Below are positions 11,801-19,676 of a stretch of 64,000 nucleotides of DNA, piece by piece. The stretch is taken from positions 480,001-544,000 of the forward strand of contig JBLWTJ010000001.1 of NCBI GenBank assembly GCA_048270185.1, read 5' to 3'. The position numbers and the translations under genes are program-made. The notes beneath the pieces are model-generated. The model ran no database searches. It saw nothing but the letters and a program-made list of their open reading frames with translations, and was not told the DNA's origin. Position 1 is the stretch's first letter; every line of letters starts with the position of its first letter. The DNA is from Bacteriovoracaceae bacterium. Its GTDB lineage: Bacteria; Bdellovibrionota; Bacteriovoracia; Bacteriovoracales; Bacteriovoracaceae.

Positions 11801-12285
11801 AGGCCCATATTATAGGGACAACAGGCTACGGTTCATATGGACCGAATGAATCTTGTGTTGAGCTTAGAACAGGACCTGTATCTGGAACGACATGTGAATT
11901 TGAGTACTGGGACAACTATAGAAATATTGTCTATGATAGTGTTGATCAAAAATACGTAACAGCAAAAATGTATCGTGGAGCAGAAAGAAGGGTTCTCGCT
12001 TTTAAGAATGGTACAGTTGAGCAAATTGCTTACACTGCAAGAAATATAAATGATGGCTGGACCTATGTAAGACGTGGTGGCACTCAATACCTATACTACT
12101 GCTATGGAAATCGTCTCTACGCTCATAATATCGATACTAATACGGACCTTGGAGCACTAGAATGGTCAATGCCACAATTATCATGTCGCGGTATGCAATT
12201 TGACTACAACCCTACTAATGACTCAATTCTGTTCCCATTTGAACAAAATGGTCTCTATGGTGTCGCGGAATACTTCCTGCCATAG
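2878..12285 (+). CDS. Giant surface adhesin: N-terminal anchor, 12 cadherin-like/tandem-95 Ig repeats, further Ig-like repeats, C-terminal NHL-type beta-propeller region
   Basis: Repeated NDAP..EDT..YKVNDG units; SGTCE-type repeats; NHL-like GDGGPAESATLRFPLKVTLDYQGRLLIWDYNRIRRV. Confidence 0.85.
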   Translation: MKLSNVKMLALATIILTITIWKLSSDSEDRAKSPYNELAKKINLKHELVKPKAKQRVLSSRGPSSIDNFDDDLQQEALPSKTKKKSIFKKFKAPLLKAVNEARNEIPYGDFFVGEEVAESKPNKPKDDVTPVPPSSRPYLPPETDNPNTKSSGGSGNNTIVTPAISGTIPPLKGIVTNVGYSPFSAYAATCVDPKVELFDMVTMTPLEDNPIELEGVETTTYFEFDPSVLGLDLSKPARYKVKVTGCDVDLEKVVTSFYIPQDITSISSLLAQLTNTDIAYDPDLSFSTGLGEVEKAITDALGDPTISDYATIYSELSSNTQALETFTEITNGENTIILKDSAPKVKSLTIPASMEEDLSHSFSTLATHWDTDYEIAYQWILDGATVSNSNTWDYIPPDNTAATANIILRIGKKNIADNDVNIATAPYHEFTYTLDVLQINDAPTLAATQSIDVTEDTIHTFQLTEGFDIDSPSIDYIITTPPSNGTLSCVGTTNDCTYTPNPDYQGADTFEYKVNDGELDSTTAVVSINVINVNDRPVSGADQSLSIAEDTNLSITLSAATDIDNVQSDISYMLVNTPVNGTLSNCIVSGSYSQDLTCDYLPNANYYGTDSFSYKAYDGALDSATNAVVNITITPVNDAPTLASTQTLSTDEDTTLNFDLTAGADIEGTTLNYTILTNPASGTLNCTEGTSRSCTYSPALNYFGDVTFTYKVDDGELDSLNVNTVTITVNPINDAPVMGADQTLATNEDIPLNFTLSSATDVDIPAQTISYKLLTAPVNGVLSNCIQTGSYVTDIDCTYTPNANYYGSDSFTYIANDSVTDAVTIATVTLNIAAVNDAPTLAATQSVTTNEDTPVAFTLNSGSDIEGTTLNYTIVSAPADGTLTCDEGTSRNCSYSPDLNFYGTTTFTYKVDDGELDSTLATVTINVTSENDAPVMVGDQSETVAEDNTISITLSGATDVDIPVQTLSYKLITAPANGTLSNCISAGTYTTDIICDYTPNLNFNGSDSFTYRANDGLTDSSTDSTVSITVTPVNDAPTLVAGQTVTTAEDTPITFNLNIGSDVEGSSLDYIVVTTTSNGSLSCVGATSRSCTYSPSLNFNGSDSFTYKVNDGALDSTTETVSITVNPVNDAPVMVGNQSVATNEDTLLSITLSGATDVDLPAQTLSYKLITAPSNGVLSNCISAGSYTTDIICDYLPSANFNGSDSFTYRANDTLLDSVTDSTVTITINAVNDAPTLIAGQTVSTNEDTPVSFSLNAGSDIENDTLTYAVVAAPSNGSLSCTGGTSRACTYTPSLNYNGSDSFTYKVNDGSLDSNIVTVNITVNAINDAPVMVSDQSFTTNEDTAFSITLSGATDVDLPAQTISYKITTSPTNGTITNCINSSTYTTDIICTYTPNANFNGSDSFTYIANDGLIDATSSSIVSLTINPVNDQPTVPPTQSIATNEDTPITFNLNAGSDIDGDTLTYIKVTNPASGSVTCAGGTSRSCTYTPALNYNGVVSFTYKVNDGTIDSANATVSITVNSVNDAPVMASNQSYSTNDNTALSITLNNATDVDGDALTYKIVSGPTNGTLTNCITTGSYGTDLTCTYTSNINFHGTDTFTFIANDGLVDAATVETVTITVTDKTPSAPPTIALSSPLYTNSTANTLTVSSCSDISSVLINEGTQPAAGSASWQTCSTTASAITYTLASTTQGLHTLKAWSKDPHGNVSTTANNVSVYYDTINPSMALTTPSIQKGGNSTPLQWTATDASTSSSQTFQVDFFNGSTWSSVGTTASANGPISSQAFSRAWTVPSINTTSARFRVSYTDLAGNSATVQSATFTIDSIAPALSYTSPANNSYHLSSTTITGNCESGLNINISGDLQANFSIACSGGTFSQLVNFSDNDGAKNITINQVDAAGNSTSVTRTFIRDEIAPVLTKTAGVSPDFTNANVPNAWSGTCEGTYTIYVTGDQTTSFNCSNGTWNWTPSPKTVDGTYTYNLVQTDGAGNTSSPALSLSWERDATPPDFNATSPVAISVGQNISRTVLMDSITVSGTCEGNNVIAITGAQSDTITCSSNSWTWTSQSYTTDATRAFTFTQSDSAGNTSALTYTWTRDSNFPALGINVATVKNNGSTATFSGTCENGLTINITGSQATTTTCSSGVWSWTTASTATDVNNTYNFAQTNASSNTSTVTGYWYRETGLPVVNSIVAGVADPSPTNFVPYALTASSQNANVFITHVCMKSDDTTTPPIDDACWIAVNSSSIGIVPAQNVTIPEYSYLVGWEPALYSVYAWVKDEAGNISTNTATQDTDLDSIIYTKDDPPLIWDVAAANNDTSAIPPTRTETSVPTGSDLYIRWKVDDAIGLSATSINLFYTQDEQVFTAIAGAQGIAPHTNHGCEAISLAANEGCFKWTGGSPLATAYKIRVKVTNTSGISTQLTSTPLNADKIKIIAGNTEAGLGGDARTALFFNKVVGDSADIQSLVFTDDGNIYFADYKRGIITVDPADGKQKLFIQKTGTSTGDGGPAESATLRFPLKVTLDYQGRLLIWDYNRIRRVDLNLENPTIETIIGGGTNTADTVANPLDLQMYNVSTSDYRTNGAIFTTLPNGDLWFTSDRPESTETTDLRLRIYKAATGQVISKYLTGTGDAWIPTQDISKCRLGFVGVKFDPTTSAIQGIKGTTYHHPNFPDCGMYTSTSDYNYSNAYFDPTTGQAITPPDNSYRWYHYYNFAGMDGQMYVTVARSYMNRNNFDGTYTRILGSGTRGECADGTLATACNMDIYGVFVDKNGKVYFNDRGRIRTLDADGKVVTIFGQGYSYGDGVNAVNARFGNVSRVARLDNGKIFVNETASYYLKEFTIEGNIDIIAGNGTIATQNTTDQANTQPMRSSYWAIADKATGNIYSTRDDHYGRMAMLNRSTGIWEDIFTNSSGTNYASADGMVAGDIDIGGNQNRALPVGFANGHLFQSFMKYDASNNRYDGFMMKSFNSADSYRQAHIIGTTGYGSYGPNESCVELRTGPVSGTTCEFEYWDNYRNIVYDSVDQKYVTAKMYRGAERRVLAFKNGTVEQIAYTARNINDGWTYVRRGGTQYLYYCYGNRLYAHNIDTNTDLGALEWSMPQLSCRGMQFDYNPTNDSILFPFEQNGLYGVAEYFLP
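4198..7750 (+). repeat. Six tandem copies of an approximately 594-bp A+B coding unit (12 domains)
   Basis: A units (NDAPTL/NDQPTV) near 4198, 4789, 5386, 5980, 6574, 7168; B units (NDAPVM/NDRPVS) near 4480, 5077, 5671, 6265, 6859, 7453. Confidence 0.9.
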
Positions 12286-12382
12286 GAGTATGTCCAAAAA
12301 AATTGCGCAAAATTTACATTAAGTTTGTCGATTTAAATCGAATTAGCTAGGATGCCTTCAAATTCATCAATGAGGTATTCCG

Positions 12383-12691
12383 ATGCAAAAATTACTAGTA
12401 ATTGCTACTACTCTACTAACAATTAATGCTATTGCCTGTGATAAGTCAGTCTCTTATCAATTAAGAAAAGAGATTCGTTCAGACTATCCGCTAGAAGTAA
12501 AATTCATGGGAGAGCTTGCTGCAGGTGACGACTTAGTTAGTAACCGTGGCCATAAAATTGCTTCCTTCAATAAAGACATGCTGATCTATTCAGCTATTGG
12601 CAGTGAACACTCAGGTTGGTTTAATGCGGCCGTCGCAGTTGATAAGAAAACATGTAAAGTTGAAAAAATCGGCTACTTTGCGGCCGAGTAA
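12383..12691 (+). CDS. Small secreted hypothetical protein
   Basis: Signal peptide ending AIA-C, two Cys, GAGG RBS, terminator follows. Confidence 0.75.
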   Translation: MQKLLVIATTLLTINAIACDKSVSYQLRKEIRSDYPLEVKFMGELAAGDDLVSNRGHKIASFNKDMLIYSAIGSEHSGWFNAAVAVDKKTCKVEKIGYFAAE

Positions 12692-12729
12692 CAGCGTTAA
12701 ATGAAATAAAAATTCATTAAAAATAATCC

Positions 12730-12756
12730 AAAGGCCCTCAAAAAAGGGCCTTTTTT
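12730..12756 (+). terminator. Intrinsic terminator
   Basis: AAAGGCCCT-loop-AGGGCCTTT followed by T tract. Confidence 0.85.
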
Positions 12757-12829
12757 ATGTCTGTTATGGACGAACTCTCCCTTTTTTCATAGAATCTAAC
12801 CCTAAAATATTCAATACCAAGAAGGATTT

Positions 12830-13552
12830 ATGGGAAGAAAATCAGCTAAAATTGCGGCCAAAAAAGGTGCTGCAGACAAGGCCCGAGGCCAAGTATTCAC
12901 AAGAGCTCTAAAAGATGTATTCTTAGCTTCTAAAAGCGGAAGTGGAGACCCAGACACTAACTTTCTTTTAAAAGTTGCCATTGATCGTTGTAAGAAATTT
13001 AACGTACCAAAGGACAATATCGATCGTGCCATCAAAAAAGGTCAAGGCGGAGATGGTGCAGGATATGTTGATATCAACTACGAAGGTTATGGACCAGGTG
13101 GTGTTGCTGTTTTCGTTGAAGCATCAACTGATAATAATACAAGAACTGTTGCCAATGTAAGAAGCTACTTCACTAAGGTAAAGGGCTCTCTAGGACAAAC
13201 TGGTTCACTTGAATTTGTTTTTAAAAGAGAAGCAAACTTTCTTGTTAATGAAGAAAATGTCAGTGATGCTGATGAGTTTGAATTAGAAGTCATAGATGCA
13301 GGAGCTGAAGATATAACACTTGAGGATGGTGTCTTTGAAATAATCTCACCGGTAGAAGCCTTTGGTGATATTCAAAAGAAACTTCAAGCAATTGGAGTTA
13401 CTCCAGAAGAAGCAAGACTAGAGAGAGTTCCTCTTAATTTTAAAGCGATTGATGATGAAGACACGTTAAAACAATTTGAAAAACTCATTGATCTTCTTGA
13501 AGAAGATGATGATGTTGTCACAGTCTATCACAATCTCGAAGAAGAAGAATAA
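12830..13552 (+). CDS. yebC: YebC/PmpR family protein
   Basis: YEGYGPGG, TDNNTRT, DDDDV..VYHN motifs. Confidence 0.95.
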   Translation: MGRKSAKIAAKKGAADKARGQVFTRALKDVFLASKSGSGDPDTNFLLKVAIDRCKKFNVPKDNIDRAIKKGQGGDGAGYVDINYEGYGPGGVAVFVEASTDNNTRTVANVRSYFTKVKGSLGQTGSLEFVFKREANFLVNEENVSDADEFELEVIDAGAEDITLEDGVFEIISPVEAFGDIQKKLQAIGVTPEEARLERVPLNFKAIDDEDTLKQFEKLIDLLEEDDDVVTVYHNLEEEE

Positions 13553-13693
13553 ACATAAAAAATGGTCACTAAAATTTTTGGTGGCCATAATTTTCTTCTT
13601 AAGAAAAAAATCAAGTATACTTTCTAAACAATTAAAATAACTCCAGTTACAACACTCTCCTACTACGCAAAACTCAATATATTCAAATAGTTA

Positions 13694-13721
13694 TAAGTTT
13701 TCTCTAGAGTTTAGCCGATAA
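13694..13721 (+). promoter_or_regulatory. Sigma-28 (FliA)-type promoter
   Basis: TAAG-N16-GCCGATAA with perfect -10, 21 nt before ATG 13743. Confidence 0.6.
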
Positions 13722-13742
13722 TGTATTTAAGGGAGAGAAACT

Positions 13743-14678
13743 ATGAATAATTACCACTTTGAATTTAAGGGTAAGGGAAAAGATTTATTCGTCCTTATTC
13801 TAAAGAACATCTTACTCACACTCATTACTGTGGGACTTTATTATCCATTTGCTAAAACAAATATCAGAAAGTTCTTCTGGAATCACCTTGAAGTGCAAGG
13901 TGAAAAATTTCATTACTCAGGAAAGGGTTGGGAAATTTTTAAAGGTTATGCACTAGTTTTTGCAGGCTACGCAGTCTTTGTTGCTTATCAGTATCTAGTT
14001 AAAACTTACCTGCCAGGCTTTATGCCATTTAACCTGATCCTCTTCATTGGTTTAATTGTCTATTTCGCTCCACTTGTAATCGTGGGCAGTCGCGCCTATT
14101 TATTATCAAGAACACAGCTACGAGGTGTTTCATTTGGAATTGATCGATGTGCAACGGGAAAGATAAGAATAGAAATGGCCAAGGCCGTCTTTCTATCAAT
14201 TATTACACTAGGTATTTGGAATATTATCTTCTTTTTCAGACTTAGGTCTATTATGGTCAACAATAGCTATTTCGGAAACAATAAGTTCGAATACAAGGCA
14301 AAGGCATCTGACTTCTTCTGGCTGAACGTAAAAGGTATACTTCTGTCGTATGTAACTCTTGGTATCTATGGAGCATGGTTCACAAAAGACGTTATGAAAT
14401 TTCATGCTAATCATACTTACATCCAAGGTCATAATTTTGATATTGATCTAAAAGGAAGTGAAGTACTCGTTCTCTACTTAAAATGCTTAGGACTTATTCT
14501 CGTAACACTTGGACTTGCGATGCCATGGGTAGCGACTATAAATATGACCTTCTATGTGAAGAAATATCGCTACACTGGTGAATTTGACTATTCACAAGTA
14601 GGACAATCAAAGCTTGAAAAATATGGTGCAATCAGTGATGGAATTGGTGACTCACTAGATTTAGACTTAGGTTTCTAA
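13743..14678 (+). CDS. YjgN/DUF898 family inner membrane protein
   Basis: F.F.G.G...KNILLTLITVGLYYPFAK and repeated ITLG motifs; paired with an M48 peptidase. Confidence 0.9.
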   Translation: MNNYHFEFKGKGKDLFVLILKNILLTLITVGLYYPFAKTNIRKFFWNHLEVQGEKFHYSGKGWEIFKGYALVFAGYAVFVAYQYLVKTYLPGFMPFNLILFIGLIVYFAPLVIVGSRAYLLSRTQLRGVSFGIDRCATGKIRIEMAKAVFLSIITLGIWNIIFFFRLRSIMVNNSYFGNNKFEYKAKASDFFWLNVKGILLSYVTLGIYGAWFTKDVMKFHANHTYIQGHNFDIDLKGSEVLVLYLKCLGLILVTLGLAMPWVATINMTFYVKKYRYTGEFDYSQVGQSKLEKYGAISDGIGDSLDLDLGF

Positions 14679-15691
14679 TGAATATTAATTGTCGCTACAC
14701 AAATAGTGAAAGTGCAGAAATATATGACGTCAGGACCTTTATAGGTCCTGACTCTCTCACTATCTACTTTGGATCTCAAGAATATTCTTGGAAGAATCAA
14801 GAGTGCATTATTGAAGAGTTTGGTAGCGATCAAATTATTCTTATTAATGAAAATAGTCGATTATATATTCAAATTGATGATTGGAAATTAATTAAAGATA
14901 AATTCCCTCAATACAAGGAAAGTTTAAAAATACCATGGTATGGATATGCAGCCGCTATTACAATTGTTATCGCTAGCTACTTCGCTTCAATACCTTTCTT
15001 ATCAGAAAAAATAGCCGAAGTCGTTCCTGATTCAATGGCACAAAAGGTAGGCGAAGAGTTCATTGAAAGTATTAAAGAGCGTGAATGTAAGTTTGAATAT
15101 CAGACAAAAGTCATTGAAGATAAGATTTATGAACTAGTAGGTGAAAATAACTTTAAGGTTGTTGTAATAGAGTCTCCACAATCAAACGCCTTTGCGGCCC
15201 CAGGGGGTGTTATTGTATTCACTTCAAGAATTATTAAAGATTTCGATAATGAAGAGCAACTAATGGGAATTCTCGCCCACGAGATTATGCATCATAAGAA
15301 GAGACATCATATTAAAAAAATAATTAAACTTAGTATGACCTCTGCAGTATGGTCCATGGCAATTTCATCAGTAACAGGTTTTGTCGCTTTTGACCCAGAG
15401 ATTATCAAAGGATTTCTTCTAAGATCATATAGTAGTGCCGATGAGAAAGAAGCAGATATCGAGGCCATAGCCCTCTTAGAAAGCAAAAATCATACTGCAC
15501 GTGGATTAAAAGAATTTCTAAATAATAACTACAAGGGAGTCTTTGGAAATAAATATATTGAAAAGATATTCTCAACCCACCCTGCGACTGAAGATCGTAT
15601 AGCCTATATCGATGAAAAAATGACAATCAAAGATCAACTAGCAAGAACAACATTTGACTGGGTAAAATTCAAAGAAAAATGTAAAAAATAA
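14678..15691 (+). CDS. M48 family metallopeptidase
   Basis: NAFAAPGG, LAHEIMH (HExxH), E.EAD, STHP...RI; TAATG translational coupling. Confidence 0.92.
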   Translation: MNINCRYTNSESAEIYDVRTFIGPDSLTIYFGSQEYSWKNQECIIEEFGSDQIILINENSRLYIQIDDWKLIKDKFPQYKESLKIPWYGYAAAITIVIASYFASIPFLSEKIAEVVPDSMAQKVGEEFIESIKERECKFEYQTKVIEDKIYELVGENNFKVVVIESPQSNAFAAPGGVIVFTSRIIKDFDNEEQLMGILAHEIMHHKKRHHIKKIIKLSMTSAVWSMAISSVTGFVAFDPEIIKGFLLRSYSSADEKEADIEAIALLESKNHTARGLKEFLNNNYKGVFGNKYIEKIFSTHPATEDRIAYIDEKMTIKDQLARTTFDWVKFKEKCKK

Positions 15692-15693
15692 TA

Positions 15694-17286
15694 CTACTTC
15701 AAATTAAGCCGATCATTAATAAGATTATGGTAGTGAACTAACTTGTCTTTTAGACGATGAGTATAAGTTATCATGTGCATAATAATACTAGCATCACTAC
15801 GATGAGGCTTGGCCATAAGCTTTAAAAGTTTCTTATTATAGTCAATTAACTGAATTTCAAATTCTTTAATTTCATGGGCCAAATGTTTTCGATCTTCTTC
15901 ACTTAGGTGTGGGTTTGACATCTTATCAAAGAAATTAAGGGTTCCCGTGGCCAGGGCCCTAACGATGAGAATGATATCACTCTTAAGTTCAATATAATTT
16001 TCATCCATTGAAACTTTCATTTGTGATAAGTCTTTGACTGAATCATGAATTTGAAAGATATATTCGTAGACAGTCATTATACGGATAACAGTATTAATTT
16101 GTTCTTCATCTGCACATTCTGAAATATACTTAGAAGAAAAAACAAGCATTTCGGATTCAACATAATCAATATAATCCATACGCCTCTTTGCAACTTCATT
16201 AATGCCTTTATAATTCGTTTCAATACTTAAAGTGACAAGATTGTAATTTTCTTGTACAAATTCATAAGTCTTTGGGAGGTTTTCATAGAGGGCTCTTTCA
16301 AGTTCATCAAAATCCGTATCAGACTTAAATATACTTAAATCAAAGCGTTCAAAGTCCATCTTCCCTTCTCCGAGAAGACGATCGATAAAACGGGTAAAAG
16401 GAGTAATAAGTGCAACGAAAACAACAGTCGTTGTCACATTGAAAATTAGATGAAAATTAGCAAGAGCAATTGCCGGGTTATCAGAAGTAGTAGCAAAGCT
16501 TCCGGCCCAGAAATATACAATAGGAAGAAATATTATAACTCCCCCAATATTGAATAAGAGATGTGTCAGGGCCGTCTTCTTTGCTGCGATATCCATATTA
16601 ACCATCGAAATTACGGCCGTCACAGTGGTTCCAATATTGGCCCCCATTAGAATAGGTATGGCGTTTTCAACAGATATTATTCCTTGCTGAGTCAGGATAA
16701 TGGCAAGTCCAGTCGTAACAGATGATGATTGGACAACGGCCGTAATAAGACTTCCAATGAGTACACCTAAAAGTAAATTATGTGGCCTAGAGAGGAACTC
16801 AACAAGCCTAGCATCATGTTGCAAAGGCGTTAAGGTTTGAGAAATTAGATTCAGAGCAAAGAAGACAAAACCAAAATAGAAAAGAGATTTTGCAAAGACT
16901 GAGTACTTTGAACGAATAAGAGATAAGAAAAAGCCTATTATAATGAATATAGGGCCAAAGGCCGTAAGCTTAAAAGCAACTAACTGGGCCGTAATGGTTG
17001 TTCCGACATTGGAACCAAAGATGATACCAACGCTATTTTTAAATGAAAGTACACCCGCATTTACTAGGCTAATTGTTATAACAGAGGTAGCTGATGAGGA
17101 TTGCACGACGGCAGTTACAACAGCACCGATTAAAACGCCAATACCTGTATAATTTGTGACTTTACCGATAATCTTACGAAATTGTTCACCAGTAACTTTT
17201 TGAACTTCTTTAGAGAAGTTTTCAAGGCCAAAGATAAAGAGAATCACACTTGAAGTTGCCGCAATTATTATATTAAAATCACCCAT
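15694..17286 (-). CDS. Na/Pi cotransporter family protein with PhoU-like C-terminus
   Basis: Two QSSS repeats, GSNVGTT and GANIGTT motifs. Confidence 0.92.
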   Translation of the reverse strand: MGDFNIIIAATSSVILFIFGLENFSKEVQKVTGEQFRKIIGKVTNYTGIGVLIGAVVTAVVQSSSATSVITISLVNAGVLSFKNSVGIIFGSNVGTTITAQLVAFKLTAFGPIFIIIGFFLSLIRSKYSVFAKSLFYFGFVFFALNLISQTLTPLQHDARLVEFLSRPHNLLLGVLIGSLITAVVQSSSVTTGLAIILTQQGIISVENAIPILMGANIGTTVTAVISMVNMDIAAKKTALTHLLFNIGGVIIFLPIVYFWAGSFATTSDNPAIALANFHLIFNVTTTVVFVALITPFTRFIDRLLGEGKMDFERFDLSIFKSDTDFDELERALYENLPKTYEFVQENYNLVTLSIETNYKGINEVAKRRMDYIDYVESEMLVFSSKYISECADEEQINTVIRIMTVYEYIFQIHDSVKDLSQMKVSMDENYIELKSDIILIVRALATGTLNFFDKMSNPHLSEEDRKHLAHEIKEFEIQLIDYNKKLLKLMAKPHRSDASIIMHMITYTHRLKDKLVHYHNLINDRLNLK

Positions 17287-17344
17287 CGTTCCATCCTAAG
17301 TATAGTCAATATTTTAACTATACTTAGCTTTATTGGAAACATAA

Positions 17345-18514
17345 TTAAAAGCAAACACCTTGTATTCGGTCTATTTGTGAACCAGAATTGAACTCAACTT
17401 CTCGTAAGATTGAATTTGCGGGACACTTTAAGCTAAATGATGACCCACCTGAGCCACCTCTTTGAGTTGAATTAGATGTCGAACTTCCGTCATATTTTGC
17501 ACATATAAGACCAATGCGGTCGATACGTGAGGCAGATCGTCCAACTAAACCAACAGCAAATTTTCCGGCAGGACAAGTTATAGAAAAAGATGTTCCACCA
17601 TTTCCTCCCGCAAGATGAGATGAATAAGCGCTACCACTTGCGATAGGTTCTAAAGTTTCATAATTAATTTCTCGGCATATAATACCAAAGGCATCAACTT
17701 CTGATCCAGACTTACCTCTCATTCCAGTTACCCCCATACCAGCTGGGCACTTAACAGAACTTTGTCCGCCTCCGTAATTTCCGCGAGAAGCAAGTTTCGT
17801 GATTCCAACTTTAGATATGCGACATTTTGGACTTGATGACTCATCATAGAATTTACCGGCCATATGGCAGGCAAGCTCTTCGTTAGATGATGATTCTTTA
17901 ACAGAACTACAAGAGAGAATTCTTGAGACGCCACTTGACTCAGGAGACTGACCAGTCGAGAGCCCAACATTAATATCAAAATTCATTGTTAGTTCTCTTT
18001 CTTTAGTTGAACTGACTTTTTTTGTATAAACAACTCTAACAACACCAACGTCATTATGAGCAGAAGAGTCAGCATAGTCGGTCCCTACACCATTATTCAT
18101 AATGAGCTTAATTGATTTGATCGTAAGCTTTCCAAATTTTGACTTATCTTCAGAACCAGGGTTATTTGCACCGTTAAACTTCTTTAATGTTCTGGTATCT
18201 CCATCTTGATTAGACAAGAAGAGAGCGATGTCAAGGCCTTCAGTATCCTCATCATGATCAGATTTTTTGAATGTAACAGCAGAAGTGGGAGCTCCAGCAC
18301 TGCCATTGCCAGCGAGACTAACACGACAATATCTCTCATCATCAAGAAGTAGTCTTATCGAGTTCTTTAAATCAACTTCATCAGATACTGATTGAGCAAA
18401 TTTTGAAGCATCACCCATATTCTTCATTAACTGCATACCAGCTAAAGAAAGAACCCCAAGAATTCCTGCGGCCACAACTAGTTCTGCTAAAGTAAATCCT
18501 TTATTATTCTTCAT
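17345..18514 (-). CDS. Prepilin-type (class III signal) protein with C-terminal beta-prism lectin-like domain
   Basis: KG|FTLAELVVAAGILG; three repeats GG.GG..F...CP.......G.....ID.I...C. Confidence 0.8.
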   Translation of the reverse strand: MKNNKGFTLAELVVAAGILGVLSLAGMQLMKNMGDASKFAQSVSDEVDLKNSIRLLLDDERYCRVSLAGNGSAGAPTSAVTFKKSDHDEDTEGLDIALFLSNQDGDTRTLKKFNGANNPGSEDKSKFGKLTIKSIKLIMNNGVGTDYADSSAHNDVGVVRVVYTKKVSSTKERELTMNFDINVGLSTGQSPESSGVSRILSCSSVKESSSNEELACHMAGKFYDESSSPKCRISKVGITKLASRGNYGGGQSSVKCPAGMGVTGMRGKSGSEVDAFGIICREINYETLEPIASGSAYSSHLAGGNGGTSFSITCPAGKFAVGLVGRSASRIDRIGLICAKYDGSSTSNSTQRGGSGGSSFSLKCPANSILREVEFNSGSQIDRIQGVCF

Positions 18515-18562
18515 AGTAATAGTTTAAATGAGCATTAACTTACATACAAATTCAAACGCTTA

Positions 18563-19483
18563 CTAGTGACAACTTTTAGATATTAAATAGCTTTTATACT
18601 CATTAAATTGCCTACCTAAGTCTGCACATCGATCTGGCTCCATAGGACAAGATGCATTTACTTTATTAAGTCCCTTAACAATCTTTTTTCTCATCAATTT
18701 GGAAGTGTAATCACTACAATTAATTCCTTCATCCATTCCATCATCGATAAAATGTGATAATTCAATTCGACGACTAAGTTGATACTCATTATCAATACAC
18801 TTGATATATCCATTAGAATTTAAATCCTCTTTAGTTAGTGGATCAATACCTTTTCCAAAAAGATGCTGAAAGAATCTTAATCCATTAAAATTTGCAACTA
18901 AGTCACCATTAGATATAATCCCATTAAAGAAACCACCCCACATTATCTTTTCAGAGCTTCTGCCATACTTTAAAATCTCTCTCGTATTAAATCCGTGTTC
19001 TAAGCGTCGATAATAGAGGTAGCCGATATTAAAAAAATGACTAAATTTATCACTACCAATAAGAGCGTCATCAACTTTTAAAAGTGGTGAATATGGCGTT
19101 AATTTTAAAAAGGGTTTGTAGATCAATGGGATATATCGATAAATCGATTCTTGTTTTTTCGTTCGTATTAGATAGTCCGCTCCGATACGATTCTTATCGA
19201 TATAAGTTTGAAGTGGAGATGATATAAATAGGCCACGAACGCCTGCCACTAATTTCTTTTTAACTTTTCGCCGAAGCGTTCGATAACTGCAACTTCGTCC
19301 ATATAAATGATCAATCTTATTTGCTTCCTTTATTGCTTCATTTACTTTGTCGTTAACAAAGTCATCGACTAAATCAATAGCATCGGGAATTGAGCGATCA
19401 CGATGAGTGAAGCTATCCACTTCAAGTGCGCTACTATTAAAACTTAATAAAAATGGAAATAAAAAGACCCCTAAAACTTTCAT
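18563..19483 (-). CDS. Secreted hypothetical protein, possibly an enzyme (GSDKFSHF motif)
   Basis: Signal peptide SSA-LE; IGSDKFSHFF and S.GDLVANFNG; C-terminal Cys cluster. Confidence 0.7.
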   Translation of the reverse strand: MKVLGVFLFPFLLSFNSSALEVDSFTHRDRSIPDAIDLVDDFVNDKVNEAIKEANKIDHLYGRSCSYRTLRRKVKKKLVAGVRGLFISSPLQTYIDKNRIGADYLIRTKKQESIYRYIPLIYKPFLKLTPYSPLLKVDDALIGSDKFSHFFNIGYLYYRRLEHGFNTREILKYGRSSEKIMWGGFFNGIISNGDLVANFNGLRFFQHLFGKGIDPLTKEDLNSNGYIKCIDNEYQLSRRIELSHFIDDGMDEGINCSDYTSKLMRKKIVKGLNKVNASCPMEPDRCADLGRQFNEYKSYLISKSCH

Positions 19484-19578
19484 TATAAGAGCCTACAAAA
19501 AAGGACATTTCTTACATATTTAAGATTTATTAAAAAAAATTGCACTTTCTAAAACTTTACTGTAATTATGAGGAAATT

Positions 19579-19672
19579 CACCAAGGGAGCTACACCAAAA
19601 TGTGGCTGAGAATAGCGGAATAGGGCCGTAATACCTTTTAACTTGATCCAGATAATGCTGGCGTAAGGAGAG
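19579..19672 (+). ncRNA. TPP (thiamine pyrophosphate) riboswitch
   Basis: AAGGGAGC...GCTGAGA...ATACCTTT...CTTGATCCAGATAATGCTGGCGTAAGGA matches the TPP aptamer core. Confidence 0.93.
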
Positions 19673-19676
19673 ACTA

